Origin: Nitrosopumilus sp.
Lineage (GTDB): Archaea > Thermoproteota > Nitrososphaeria > Nitrososphaerales > Nitrosopumilaceae
DNA length: 64,000 nt
Assembly: GCA_965203315.1 (NCBI GenBank)
Contig: OZ241857.1
Location: forward strand, 928,001 to 992,000
Direction: 5' to 3'
The translations under genes were made by a program, and so were the position numbers. The notes beneath the pieces were generated by a model, which was given only the letters and a program-made list of their open reading frames with translations, searched no databases and was not told where the DNA came from. This document shows positions 48,935-59,770 of the stretch, one piece after another; position 1 is the stretch's first letter, and every line of letters begins with the position of its first letter.

Positions 48935-48985
48935 TCGGGTGGTTAAGTATGGTTTTTATCTAGGAGTCTTTGAATTTTGAGATAC

Positions 48986-49483
48986 TTGAGTAGCCAAGAG
49001 TATAGACATATCGTCAGAATTGTAGGGAATGACATCCCTGGAGAGAGAAAGGTGGTCGTAGGACTGACTCAGATAAAGGGGATCGGCTACAACTTTGCAA
49101 CCGCAATTCTAGACTCGTTAAAGATCAACATAAACTCCAACATAGGTAGTTTGACAGATTCGAATGTAGAGGCGATCGAAAAGATCATAAACGATCCCGT
49201 ATCAGAAAAGTTTCCCAAATGGTTTCTCAACAGGCAGAAGGATATAGAGACAGGTAAAGATTTACATCTAGTGACCTCGGATATTCCATTTACACTACGA
49301 AATGATATAGAACGAGAGCGGGTTACCGCTAGTTGGCGCGGATACCGTCATCTCAATGGCTTGAAGGTCAGAGGACAGCGAACTAGAACGGCAGGTAGAA
49401 AAGGAGGAGCAGTCGGAGTAGCCAAAGGAGGCGCATCAGCTCCAGCTAAAAAGTCTACAGGTTCAGCTGGAAAGGGGTCATAG
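48986..49483 (+). CDS. rps13: 30S ribosomal protein S13
   Basis: [30 protein letters not shown]; TTG start. Confidence 0.97.
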   Translation: MSSQEYRHIVRIVGNDIPGERKVVVGLTQIKGIGYNFATAILDSLKININSNIGSLTDSNVEAIEKIINDPVSEKFPKWFLNRQKDIETGKDLHLVTSDIPFTLRNDIERERVTASWRGYRHLNGLKVRGQRTRTAGRKGGAVGVAKGGASAPAKKSTGSAGKGS

Positions 49484-49486
49484 AAG

Positions 49487-50047
49487 ATGGGCGATCCAAA
49501 GTATTCACGCAAGGTATGGAGAAAACCGAAACGGCCTCTAAACTATGACCTAAAGATGGAAGAACTAAAGACCATAGGAACTTTTGGTCTACGAACGAAA
49601 CGAGAGTTATGGAAGGCACATACAGAGCTGTCACGTGTTAGACATCAAGCTAGATCACTTCTTGCATTGCGTCAAGAGGTACGTGCAGAAAGAGAGCCCA
49701 TATTGATGAGATCACTTGCTAGGATTGGACTAGTAGATCGTGACGCAACACTTGATGATGTATTGAATCTAAAGGTAACAGATCTTCTTGCGAGGAGGCT
49801 ACAGACCATAGTTACAAAAAAGTTGGGGTTCAAGACTCCCTATCAAGCAAGACAAGCTGTAATCCATGGACATATAATGATAGGTGATCGCCGAATCAAC
49901 ATTCCGTCGTATACTGTAAAGGTTGAAGAAGAAGAGAACATTCACTTTTCGCCAGATTCAACCATTCCTAAATTGCTTGACAAAGATACCAAGTCAAAGG
50001 AATCGACGCACGAACACGATACAGAAGAGAAAGAAATAGTAGCCTAG
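49487..50047 (+). CDS. rps4: 30S ribosomal protein S4
   Basis: [33 protein letters not shown]. Confidence 0.97.
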   Translation: MGDPKYSRKVWRKPKRPLNYDLKMEELKTIGTFGLRTKRELWKAHTELSRVRHQARSLLALRQEVRAEREPILMRSLARIGLVDRDATLDDVLNLKVTDLLARRLQTIVTKKLGFKTPYQARQAVIHGHIMIGDRRINIPSYTVKVEEEENIHFSPDSTIPKLLDKDTKSKESTHEHDTEEKEIVA

Positions 50048-50211
50048 ATCATACATACAAAAGATATTCCAATTGTAGACACTTGTGTAATGATACTGAC
50101 GCAATAACTTACTAATTTCAACCAGCTTTGTTATCACTGAAAACGAGTAACATATAATGTCTAGAAATAATTTCATATGCGATAGTATGCTGATGTACAC
50201 GTTGGATCGAC

Positions 50212-51549
50212 TTATGGTGTTTTTATCATTATCTTGTTACATATCTCGTTGATCTCTGAATTGTCAGTTTTAGATAAAATCGATAGTATCTGTTTAATAT
50301 CTGATGGATAACTATAGAAGAATTTATCCAAAAATACATCCATACATCTTGCAACTTCTAGTGGAAACTTGTTTGCGTATTTGTAAAGTATCTTTGCAGG
50401 AAAATAAACTTGAACAAATCCTTTAGGGCGAGTTTTGAGATAGTTGATATATGAATCAATACTAGCTTTATCGATCGGACTATGCAGAAACCACGATTCT
50501 GTATGTCTAGATCTAATGAATTTACGTTCCCTCCATAATGTATGCACTTTATCAATAAATTTATCAACGTCCTTATTTCTCAAACGGGCGAATATAAACA
50601 GAGAACAGCTATCTATAGATGCTTCGTCAGCATTATGAACAAATCTCCAAAATATCTCATCGAATCCATCTACATCATAAAGATAACCCGATGTCACATG
50701 TTCTATGGTGTTACGGTATAACATGGTATTACGTATTTTATCTGTCTCTGTACCATTAAGAAGTTCATCGTATATCGATCTTAATTCGAATAGAATTTTA
50801 TCTAATGGACTAACCCATACATACGAACTCCAAAAATAGATTTTAGACTCGTATGATTTAGAAGATATGTTGTGAAATAAATTTAATGCATATTGTTTGT
50901 CTACAGAAAATAACGATCTAAAGAAGAATCCAATTGCGCCATGTTTGGATATAGTATACTTGCTAGGATTGTTTTGATAGTCATCAAGAATCGGTTTGAT
51001 ATTTTTGTGAAATACATCATTTGAATTTTCATTACTAGTACACCACTCCATGTAACGAAATAATGCATGAAAAGACACTCCGCCAACGTCGCTTATTGAA
51101 TAGGTCAGAGAGCCAACGTCAGGATCAAAGTTGTTGTTATGACTAGGTTGTTCGTCTGTAACTAGAAGCATCTTTTGGATCAATTGCCATATCTGTTCTT
51201 TAAAAGAGGGGTCAATTATGTTATATTCTAAGCCTCTTGCGAGTGTGTCAAATGCATGTAGTAGGTGCTCTGACTTGTTATTGACGATCATATATTCAAT
51301 TAAACCCAACATAGACTTCCAGTCCAACTCTTGTGTTTCGTTGATCGCTCCTCTAATTGCAGAAAAAAATTCATCTTGGTCCTCTCTTCGATGACTTGGG
51401 ATTGAGAGAGCGTATCTTGAGGCTGCGAGAGGATTTTCAGACACATATGTTGCAAATAATCTATCTTCATAGTCATGTGTTGATTTAAATTCTTCAAAGC
51501 CTTTTAGAAATTCGTTATCTTGGCTTTGTGGCCTAGTGAGCATTTCCAT
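50212..51549 (-). CDS. Helical hypothetical protein, resembles the C-terminal part of large defence-associated proteins
   Basis: 445-aa AT-rich ORF; SLTYSISDVGGVSFHALFRY recalls the ai(N/S)..G.a.eal..y motif; no catalytic motif visible. Confidence 0.65.
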   Translation of the reverse strand: MEMLTRPQSQDNEFLKGFEEFKSTHDYEDRLFATYVSENPLAASRYALSIPSHRREDQDEFFSAIRGAINETQELDWKSMLGLIEYMIVNNKSEHLLHAFDTLARGLEYNIIDPSFKEQIWQLIQKMLLVTDEQPSHNNNFDPDVGSLTYSISDVGGVSFHALFRYMEWCTSNENSNDVFHKNIKPILDDYQNNPSKYTISKHGAIGFFFRSLFSVDKQYALNLFHNISSKSYESKIYFWSSYVWVSPLDKILFELRSIYDELLNGTETDKIRNTMLYRNTIEHVTSGYLYDVDGFDEIFWRFVHNADEASIDSCSLFIFARLRNKDVDKFIDKVHTLWRERKFIRSRHTESWFLHSPIDKASIDSYINYLKTRPKGFVQVYFPAKILYKYANKFPLEVARCMDVFLDKFFYSYPSDIKQILSILSKTDNSEINEICNKIMIKTP

Positions 51550-51907
51550 TCATTATAGATGTACATTACAAGTATTTATCTCTTAATCTTGTGTTAATAT
51601 GATTGTGTGTGTCAAAAACCATTTGTGTCCCAGTTCAATCAGGAACATAAACGCAAGCTATCGAGAATATTTTATCATAAAAGTGAAGATACATTATTCG
51701 CTAGATGCTACACATGTGTCACATGGCGCATATGTTTCTTACTATGCATTTTTACATATGTAACAACGGAATAAAACTGCTAGACGAAATCAAACTAGTA
51801 TGATCACCTCTGACAGTCATTAAAGCTAAACTTGTGATTACGTGCACTAGTATGCATTTGATCACAGATATTACCTTGCAGTAAATATTAGATCGATCTG
51901 TAGTTAT

Positions 51908-52369
51908 CTAAGGAAGTGTCTGCGTGTCATTAAATAATTTCAGTATATTGTACTCGAATTCGTCAAGAATTTCTTCTGCTTGATTCTGATTCAACACATC
52001 ACAGTGGTGAGCATAGTCACTTAATTCACGATACATTTTATTGATTTTTTCTTCATATTGTTCCATATCATTATTATGGATTGTTTTTTGTCGATTCCTA
52101 AATTTTTTTGCATTTTCTACAACACATTTTCCTCTATTATGTCTAACTACACTATATTCTATATCTAACCCGTCAACATGATGTTTAGCAAGAAGTTCGA
52201 TCATTTCTCTTAATGAATGGGCAAAATGTACTGTTCTTTCATCATAATCATCCATTTCAAACAACACATGTCTTGCTCCCACATATACACCATTTATGAT
52301 CTTTCCCTTATACGGAATAGTTTCTAGTATATTTGATATAATATCACAACTAGATACTTTTACATTCAT
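51908..52369 (-). CDS. Putative HEPN-like/Abi-type helical domain protein
   Basis: VYVGARHVL...HFAHSLREMIE...LSDYAHH pattern. Confidence 0.55.
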   Translation of the reverse strand: MNVKVSSCDIISNILETIPYKGKIINGVYVGARHVLFEMDDYDERTVHFAHSLREMIELLAKHHVDGLDIEYSVVRHNRGKCVVENAKKFRNRQKTIHNNDMEQYEEKINKMYRELSDYAHHCDVLNQNQAEEILDEFEYNILKLFNDTQTLP

Positions 52370-52414
52370 TTGTTATTTTTCATTATTGGATTATTTAAAG
52401 ATTTTATACAAGAA

Positions 52415-52528
52415 GGATCTTTTCGATTTACATGAATTGCGTTTCACGAGACTTTTTTCTAAAAATGTCCCCATAAAATTTCTGTATTTTTCTGTAAAAA
52501 TTCTATCCCACGTAAATCGAAAAGATCC
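52415..52528 (+). mobile_element. MITE, GGATC-ended family, copy 5
   Basis: Perfect 17-bp TIR GGATCTTTTCGATTTAC / GTAAATCGAAAAGATCC. Confidence 0.85.
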
Positions 52529-52895
52529 AATGTTGACAAATCCGGTCCAATTTAAAAGAATCCAAATTTAATACTAGATAGACACAACTAGAAACCAACA
52601 TGTCATTACACAAATGAGATCTTTGCAAACCAATGAATTGACTGTCAAGCATAAGACAGAACTTGACACATGTATGATAGCTGATTATGTCCTATATTTA
52701 CGAAATCATAGTCATAACAACTACATGTGCAAGATCATCACAAGACTTCAAATTTACATTCGCCAAAAGACAATCCAAAAAAGATCAGTATTGGTGATCT
52801 AGAAAAGAGAATGTCATCTCAGATTAGGAAGTAGAATCTACTTGTGACGTATAACCATATCAGTAAATAACCCCCCACGAATTACATCAACAGAG

Positions 52896-54629
52896 ATGTG
52901 TTCGATAATTGGATACTATGGCAAGTCGATAGCTGCGCCGATTCTAGTAAAGAGCCTCAAGCGGATGGAGTATCGCGGATACGACAGTGTTGGTGTTGCA
53001 ACAAAGGATGACGCCATACATCTAAGAAAAGGGACAGGAAACGTCAATGATGTAAATTCAAGACTCAACCTAGATGTACTGCCAGGCAAGATAGGAATAG
53101 GGCATACCAGATGGGCCACACATGGCAAGGTAACAGATACAAACGCTCATCCACATGCAAGCAACTCTAGCAAGATAGCTCTTGTACATAACGGCAAGAT
53201 AGACAACTTTGAACAGCTGCGAGACGAGTTGATACAAGACGGCTATACGTTTGAGAGTGAGACCGATACCGAAGTGATAGTAAATCTGTTGCAGAGAAAT
53301 TATACAGGAGACATCAAAGCGGCACTAACCGCTACTGTAGACAGACTAGAAGGAGAGTATGCATTTGTTGCAATGTTTGAAGACGGTCAACTAGCAGCTG
53401 CAAGATTGCATGCTCCACTAGTGATCGGTCTTGCAAAAGATGCTGTCTTTTTATCTAGCGACGTGCTAGGATTCATCGAGCATACAGACAATGTGATATA
53501 CATTGAGAATAGAAACTTTGTAATCATAAACGATGATATCGAGATACTAGACTTTGATGGAAACAAGGTTGATCATGCAGTAACAAAGATATCAAAAGAG
53601 TTTGGTGATGCGTACAAGGACGACTATGCACACTTTACATTAAAAGAGATATACGAACAACCAGATACTGTAATCAGAGCAGTCAATCACGATACAGCAA
53701 TTACAGCAGCGCTGCCACATATTACATCTGCCAAGAACATCTACATCACTGGTAGTGGCAGTAGTTATAATGCATCTCTGGTTGCAAAGCAGGTGTTTGC
53801 AAAATATGCCAAGATTAGAGTCGAGACGATAATGTCAAGTGAGGTGCAGTTTGCAGTCGAGATGATCGAGCCAGACTCGGTACTTGTTGCAATCTCACAG
53901 AGTGGTGAGAGTGCAGATGTACTAGAAGCAGTAAGGATAGCAAAGGAGAACAACTGCAAGATAATCAGCATAGTCAATGTATTGACGTCATCGCTTGCTC
54001 GCGAGTCTGACATCGTAATAGCAATGAACTGTGGCCCAGAGATTGGTGTAGCAGCAACAAAGAGTTTTACATCTCAACTAGCTATACTGTACACTATTGC
54101 TCAAGAGATATCTGACAGTCTAATCTTGGATACAAAACAGATATCACAAAATATCTCAAAGACTCTAGATGCGCCAGATAATATCAAAGAGATAGCAGGT
54201 CATCTCAAACATATATCAGATATTTATGTACTAGGACGAGGGATACACTATCCCATAGCTATAGAAGCAGCGCTAAAACTCAAAGAGATCACGTATATTC
54301 ATGCCGAAGGTATACCAGGTGGTGAGTTGAAACACGGTCCTCTTGCGTTGATCGATGAGAACGTCTTTGTTATAGTCATAAACCCCAACGATACAACATA
54401 CAACGATACAGCAACTAGTACTCGAGAGATAAAGGCGAGAGGAGCAAAGATCATAGGCATATCTGATGTGTACAGCGACATGTATGATTATTGGATAGAG
54501 ATTCCAAATAGCGAGTATACGATATGTGAGATTGTTCCGTTACAGTTGTTGTCGTATTATATTGCACTAGAAAAGGATGCAGATCCTGACTATCCTAGAA
54601 ACCTAGCAAAGTCGGTTACGGTAAAGTGA
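52896..54629 (+). CDS. glmS: Glutamine--fructose-6-phosphate transaminase
   Basis: N-terminal MCSIIG, EYRGYDS, GHTRWATHG, ISQSGE, ELKHGP, PRNLAKSVTV. Confidence 0.97.
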   Translation: MCSIIGYYGKSIAAPILVKSLKRMEYRGYDSVGVATKDDAIHLRKGTGNVNDVNSRLNLDVLPGKIGIGHTRWATHGKVTDTNAHPHASNSSKIALVHNGKIDNFEQLRDELIQDGYTFESETDTEVIVNLLQRNYTGDIKAALTATVDRLEGEYAFVAMFEDGQLAAARLHAPLVIGLAKDAVFLSSDVLGFIEHTDNVIYIENRNFVIINDDIEILDFDGNKVDHAVTKISKEFGDAYKDDYAHFTLKEIYEQPDTVIRAVNHDTAITAALPHITSAKNIYITGSGSSYNASLVAKQVFAKYAKIRVETIMSSEVQFAVEMIEPDSVLVAISQSGESADVLEAVRIAKENNCKIISIVNVLTSSLARESDIVIAMNCGPEIGVAATKSFTSQLAILYTIAQEISDSLILDTKQISQNISKTLDAPDNIKEIAGHLKHISDIYVLGRGIHYPIAIEAALKLKEITYIHAEGIPGGELKHGPLALIDENVFVIVINPNDTTYNDTATSTREIKARGAKIIGISDVYSDMYDYWIEIPNSEYTICEIVPLQLLSYYIALEKDADPDYPRNLAKSVTVK

Positions 54630-55686
54630 GTCGAATGTATTCGTCTCGAATTCGCTCTAGTAGCTGATCTCTAGATATACCAGACTTTAGCATGGATGAT
54701 ATGATACAGCCGCCTGCTCCTACTCCCTCTTTTGCAAACCCATCTGCAAATGCGTGCAGTCCGGGTATCTTTGAACGGTCTAGTTGAGGATCGACAGATA
54801 CTGCGGTTCCGCCTATATCTGTTATAATATCGACAAAGTTTGCAGTGTTATCTTGTACAACATATGACGTGGTTCCGATTATAGATCTGGTCTTGTTGAA
54901 TCCAATGTGTGTTGCAAATGCTAGAACAGCCGCCATCTGCGTTCCACCTGCAAGTATAACACTAGATATCTCTGATGCCGTACTTAGCATTCCTGCAACA
55001 AACGGGATCATGGGATCGCCTGCTGCAGCAACCACAGCGTACGGGTCTTTAGAGTCTAGTCTAGATAGTGCCAAGCGTACTGTGTCATCTTTGAGTTTGG
55101 ATGGATTGTTGGGGCTGGTAGAGCTGACCCGTGCATCATCAAGTCCAAGTCCTTGCATTACACCCAACGCAGTCGTCGTGCCACCAGGAATAGACTCGCC
55201 GATCACTAGACAGTCTGTAACAGACGCGAGCATTCTGCCCACTATTCGTCCATAGTCTACAGCATGCGTTACATCTGAGATGGTCATGGCAGGACTTGTT
55301 GCAATGTTGTTACCTGGTTTGAGACCGGTCTCGATGTATGGCAGTTGTGGTAGAATCCTACTACCGGCGTTTATCGTAACATGTGGGATACTTGCTGACT
55401 CTAGGGCAGACTTTGTCAAGAGGGCAGGAGTAGGCTTGCCATCAGGCGTCATCGGAATTCCGTCGATGCTCTTACAGTATCCATAATGGAGATACTCGGC
55501 GTCTGCAGGTGGTGTATACCTCATCATCTCTGAACTAGAACCGGCTATCGTTATGCCAGGAATCTCTGCAGTATACGTATATGATATTACAAACGCAAAT
55601 AGTGATCTGGCAGACCTTGTGTCTTTTAGAAACTGTCTGGCAATATCTTGATCTCCTATTATATCAAACTCTTCGATCGACATCAA
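54616..55686 (-). CDS. cobT: Archaeal-type nicotinate-nucleotide phosphoribosyltransferase CobT
   Basis: TAEIPGITIAG, TPPADAE, GESIPGGTTTA, LAGGTQM, KEGVGAGG. Confidence 0.88.
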   Translation of the reverse strand: MMSIEEFDIIGDQDIARQFLKDTRSARSLFAFVISYTYTAEIPGITIAGSSSEMMRYTPPADAEYLHYGYCKSIDGIPMTPDGKPTPALLTKSALESASIPHVTINAGSRILPQLPYIETGLKPGNNIATSPAMTISDVTHAVDYGRIVGRMLASVTDCLVIGESIPGGTTTALGVMQGLGLDDARVSSTSPNNPSKLKDDTVRLALSRLDSKDPYAVVAAAGDPMIPFVAGMLSTASEISSVILAGGTQMAAVLAFATHIGFNKTRSIIGTTSYVVQDNTANFVDIITDIGGTAVSVDPQLDRSKIPGLHAFADGFAKEGVGAGGCIISSMLKSGISRDQLLERIRDEYIRLTLP

Positions 55687-56291
55687 CCCATCATCTGTAC
55701 AAACTCTTGTTCGGTTCTCTTTTGCATAACTGGATTTGTATCTTTCTGGTGTGATATTGTGGATGTTGGTGTACTACCATAGTTGTGTCCAGGGTATATC
55801 ACCAAAGAGTCATCTAGGGTGTACAGTACATCAAATATACTATGATACAGCTGGCTAGCACTACCTCCAGGTAGATCAACTCTACCACATGTTCCAACAA
55901 AGATCGTATCACCTACAAAGATCTTGCCATCACCTACAAGACAGATACTATCAGCAGAGTGTCCAGGGGTGTACAGTACAGTCAGTTTAGAGTTGCCAAA
56001 GGTTATCGTGTCTCTGTCGTTTACGGATATGTCGTGGTATAGTTCGGATGTCTTGTATTGAATTATCTTGGCACCTGTCTGTTGTACAATACCTTCGTTG
56101 CCCACGGTGTGATCAAAGTGATGATGTGTGTTTATTATGTATAGAACTTGGAGATTATTCTGTTGGATGACTGTTTGTAATTTATCTAGATCCCATGACG
56201 GATCTATAATCACAGCAGTATCTGTATCTTCATCTTGTAGTATGTAAGTAAAATTTTGCATCTGACCTACTGAGATCTGGTATACCTTCAT
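55683..56291 (-). CDS. Metallo-beta-lactamase fold hydrolase (glyoxalase II-like)
   Basis: THHHFDH, TPGHS, GDT.F, YPGH. Confidence 0.92.
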   Translation of the reverse strand: MKVYQISVGQMQNFTYILQDEDTDTAVIIDPSWDLDKLQTVIQQNNLQVLYIINTHHHFDHTVGNEGIVQQTGAKIIQYKTSELYHDISVNDRDTITFGNSKLTVLYTPGHSADSICLVGDGKIFVGDTIFVGTCGRVDLPGGSASQLYHSIFDVLYTLDDSLVIYPGHNYGSTPTSTISHQKDTNPVMQKRTEQEFVQMMG

Positions 56292-56926
56292 AGTATCCCC
56301 TCCTCTGCTTCTGGGGGAATGCCAATCTTTGCTACATGAACGATACCTGTCAGATCTGGTCGTTTTGGGATACCTTGTTTCATCTTGTGAAATGTTACCG
56401 TCATGTCACATATAGTATGGATATTTGCTGTATCGCCTGTCTGCGGATCCATACCCGACGGAACATCGAGTGCGAGTTTGAAACATGGTGTGTCGTTGAT
56501 GTATTTTATTGCGGTATAGTAGGGCTCCCGAATTGTACCTGTTATGCCTGTACCCAAGAGTGCATCAACTAGAATATCAGGTGTGTCTGGAGGTATGTCA
56601 ACAGATAGGCGAACAGATGGCATCTTGGATAGAATATCATAGTTCCATCTACACTCTTGTGTCTTTATTGCAGCGTATCCGGCAGGCATCATCACAGTGG
56701 TATCTACATGATATCCAGCAAGGTGACGTGCTACAACTAGACCGTCTCCCCCATTGTTGCCAGAACCGGCAAAGATGTACACTCGTTTAGATGATATGTC
56801 GGGTATTGCATCAACAAGATATCTGGTGGCTGCTGCTCCGGCGTTCTCCATCATAAATTTCTTCAAGAACCCCATCTCATGCCCTTTGTTCTCGATATTA
56901 TACATTTGATCTACGGTGATCTCCAT
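56288..56926 (-). CDS. nnrE: NAD(P)H-hydrate epimerase (YjeF N-terminal)
   Basis: MMENAG, GSGNNGGDG.V.ARHL, DALLGTG, LDVPSG. Confidence 0.92.
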   Translation of the reverse strand: MEITVDQMYNIENKGHEMGFLKKFMMENAGAAATRYLVDAIPDISSKRVYIFAGSGNNGGDGLVVARHLAGYHVDTTVMMPAGYAAIKTQECRWNYDILSKMPSVRLSVDIPPDTPDILVDALLGTGITGTIREPYYTAIKYINDTPCFKLALDVPSGMDPQTGDTANIHTICDMTVTFHKMKQGIPKRPDLTGIVHVAKIGIPPEAEEGIL

Positions 56927-57147
56927 ATGTGATACTTGGATATCTAAAATAAGAGTTTACGTTTTTGTGATTGTATTGTACATGTATACGTGTGTGTAGT
57001 ATATCTGTATAGTTTGTAGACTGTATGTAGATGTGATCAATCTTGCCAATTTAGAATAAAGCGTCTATAGAACAAAAGCATATTTTGTGTATCATATTTG
57101 GTATATCGTATTTGGTATGTCATATCGTGTATCAAACTTGGTATCAA

Positions 57148-57816
57148 TCAGAATCTCGTGTATTCAAAACTCTCATCACTGCTAAACATACGAATATTAT
57201 CAAAGTCTTCTTCAATATCTGTTTTGAGATCTGCAAAGTCTGAATAATCGGTATAAATTACAACTCGACTTCGATTGGACAAATACATACAGAATGCCAG
57301 TATCATACTAGTGTACCCACAATTTATCAATAAGAGCAATATATCGTCTACAGATCTAGTGTTCATGTACGTCTCCTCTGATGCCATTGAAAGTTTTTCT
57401 ATCTGGGCAAATTTCTCCACGATAGGTTCCGACATATAGCTATCTGCTAGCTCTAGTGGCCATTGAAACTCGTCATAGTCACATCCACCACGTCTGAGAT
57501 CTGCGATTACTTTACCATCATATTTTTTATACAAATTCCTCCATGCACGTTCGTACTGTAAATCTGAAATTTTGGCGGACAGGGTACTGTCAAAACTGTT
57601 GTGTATGGGACCACATATTCGTATTTGATCATTATCGTGTACGGTATCAATCATTGCGACTAGATCTGGATCAAGTTGCTCCATTTTAAAGCGAGGAATC
57701 ATCTTGTTTAGTGATGAAGCACAATACTTCATCATTACGTTTACATCTAGTACCATACAAAAGTCATCTTGCGCTGCGTCCTTTAACAAATTTCGAATGT
57801 TTCTCTGTCTAGACAT
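57148..57816 (-). CDS. Divergent PIN-domain-like protein
   Basis: VLDVNVM near the N-terminus, SVDDILL, C-terminal VIYTDYSDF resembling PIN acidic motifs. Confidence 0.5.
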   Translation of the reverse strand: MSRQRNIRNLLKDAAQDDFCMVLDVNVMMKYCASSLNKMIPRFKMEQLDPDLVAMIDTVHDNDQIRICGPIHNSFDSTLSAKISDLQYERAWRNLYKKYDGKVIADLRRGGCDYDEFQWPLELADSYMSEPIVEKFAQIEKLSMASEETYMNTRSVDDILLLLINCGYTSMILAFCMYLSNRSRVVIYTDYSDFADLKTDIEEDFDNIRMFSSDESFEYTRF

Positions 57817-58152
57817 ATTTAAAGTTGTAAACTTGCCCTATTTCTAACTTTTTGTACTCTAGTTGTGGGATATAGTAAGGTCGCAGTACAATAAATTCTC
57901 AACTTGTCAATAGCAGTTTTAGAGCAGACTTTTTAAAAATCTTGACTCAGTTCTTTTAGTCTAGATACGATTGGTTGAGATTGAGGTGATATGATATCGG
58001 TGCGCATTATTCAACTTGACGATAGCTGTAACAACGATAAGTTACAATATACAAAAATGATCAGCCCTCACCAACATAATCTCTTTGTTCATGTACCTAC
58101 AAGACCCGACTCCATACAAATCATCCATTGTCAGATAAAATAACTCCTCATA

Positions 58153-58980
58153 CTATTGATCTTTGTATGGTGCGCATCTAGATTCCTGAAAATCATCCAG
58201 AATGAGACTGGGCCTATAAGCTTCTGGAAATGTACATAGAAACCAATCAGGTATATCTAGATCAACTAGGTCAATAGAATATTTTATCACTTGTGGATAG
58301 TCACACGATACATTATTCCTGAGATAGCCATCCACATGATGAAACGCATAAACCTGCTTGTCATCAATCTCACCTAGACCCATATACTTTAAAATATTGA
58401 CAAATGGTTTATCATAAAACTCTTTATCGAGATATGGTCGGGCATACCCATATGACTCCTGTACACCAATAGTCGAATTGTTAAGAAAGGCATTGTAAAG
58501 ACGATTACATCCCTCTTCATCAGGATCATTGTTACAGTTATTTTCAAAATACTTTTCGTCTGCGATATATGATAGCGTAGGAGCATCAATAGCATTCTTT
58601 AATTCTTCATAGCTGGGAATTATATGTACTGTCTCATTACCATAATCTTCTCGCATACACGATATAACAAAGGTTTGACCCACCTTGATGTTTTGAACAT
58701 GTGTAAAGTTTAATCCATCATAGGTCATGTATTTAGTATTTGGTCTAAACCCCACATCAATTGATCCGTCAGCTAAAAGTGTGATACTTTTCATAGTATA
58801 AAAATTAAAATCTTGGTTTTCAACGCGAGGATAATGAAAGTCAGCTACAACATAATCAATTAATGGATCTTTCATAGGAACAGTATATGTGTAATAGTTG
58901 TATATTGGCATAGGAATAGTGATGCACATGATAGTAGCTATAGCAACTGATAGCAATATGACAACAGTTCTGTATTTCAT
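58153..58980 (-). CDS. Orphan membrane-anchored hypothetical protein
   Basis: 275-aa AT-rich ORF, N-terminal TM helix, several Cys. Confidence 0.7.
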   Translation of the reverse strand: MKYRTVVILLSVAIATIMCITIPMPIYNYYTYTVPMKDPLIDYVVADFHYPRVENQDFNFYTMKSITLLADGSIDVGFRPNTKYMTYDGLNFTHVQNIKVGQTFVISCMREDYGNETVHIIPSYEELKNAIDAPTLSYIADEKYFENNCNNDPDEEGCNRLYNAFLNNSTIGVQESYGYARPYLDKEFYDKPFVNILKYMGLGEIDDKQVYAFHHVDGYLRNNVSCDYPQVIKYSIDLVDLDIPDWFLCTFPEAYRPSLILDDFQESRCAPYKDQ

Positions 58981-59001
58981 AGTAAATCCACAAAGACATT
59001 A

Positions 59002-59636
59002 TAGACTGTATGCGTATTTCTTACATCATACTCACGTATAATACAAAATACTGGACTAGCTAGAATAATTGTAATCGGTACGACGATTATAGGCACAAAC
59101 AAAAATAGAAAATAAGGGTTAGAAAGTATCATACTAACGACACATCACACACGTATACCAGACCAGTCTTGGCCGTTGACAGTTGATTATTTCTGAATTT
59201 GGTTCATTTTCATATATCTGGCATAAAGAGCAATTTTCAGATATTGCTTTACGAAACGATTCATCATTACAATCTCTAGCGACCCCAGATGCATCCATGT
59301 TGGCAAAAACATATGGTTGGTTAGCAGATGAATGCCATCCGACAACTTGCATCTTGTTCATGTTACTAGTTGTTGTATGGCTTATTTACTATATATGAGA
59401 GACGTGTCTATGATACGCAATGCTTTATACAAGTATCAAAATTAACTCTATTTACTAGATAAACGTCAACGGATAACAAACTTGTGAATCTTTGTTAGAA
59501 AGCATTCGGCAATGCGTACAGCAAGACCCCATAACAAAAACGAGAGGATTGAGTTTATTCTAACCATCAAAAATTTACAATATTCAACACGTATTCCACA
59601 ATATTATTACACAATTTTAAGAATATGTGCAGTCTA
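59002..59636. mobile_element. Degraded element of the (T)AGACTG-ended family
   Basis: 59000-59030 is the exact reverse complement of 43694-43724; only a weak partner end (AAGAATATGTGCAGTCTA) at about 59619-59636. Confidence 0.45.
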
Positions 59637-59770
59637 GATACTAGCACATATTGTAGAGCCTTTCATTCACTATATTTATGCATAAATTATAAACTATCAA
59701 TTCACCAATATCAGACAAAGCAGTAATAAGTGTGCAAAAACCTTTATCACGAATATTATTCAAGTATTGT

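Noticed and set aside
59134-59398. Two small overlapping ORFs inside the degraded element
   Set aside because: No recognisable motif and neither strand is convincingly coding.
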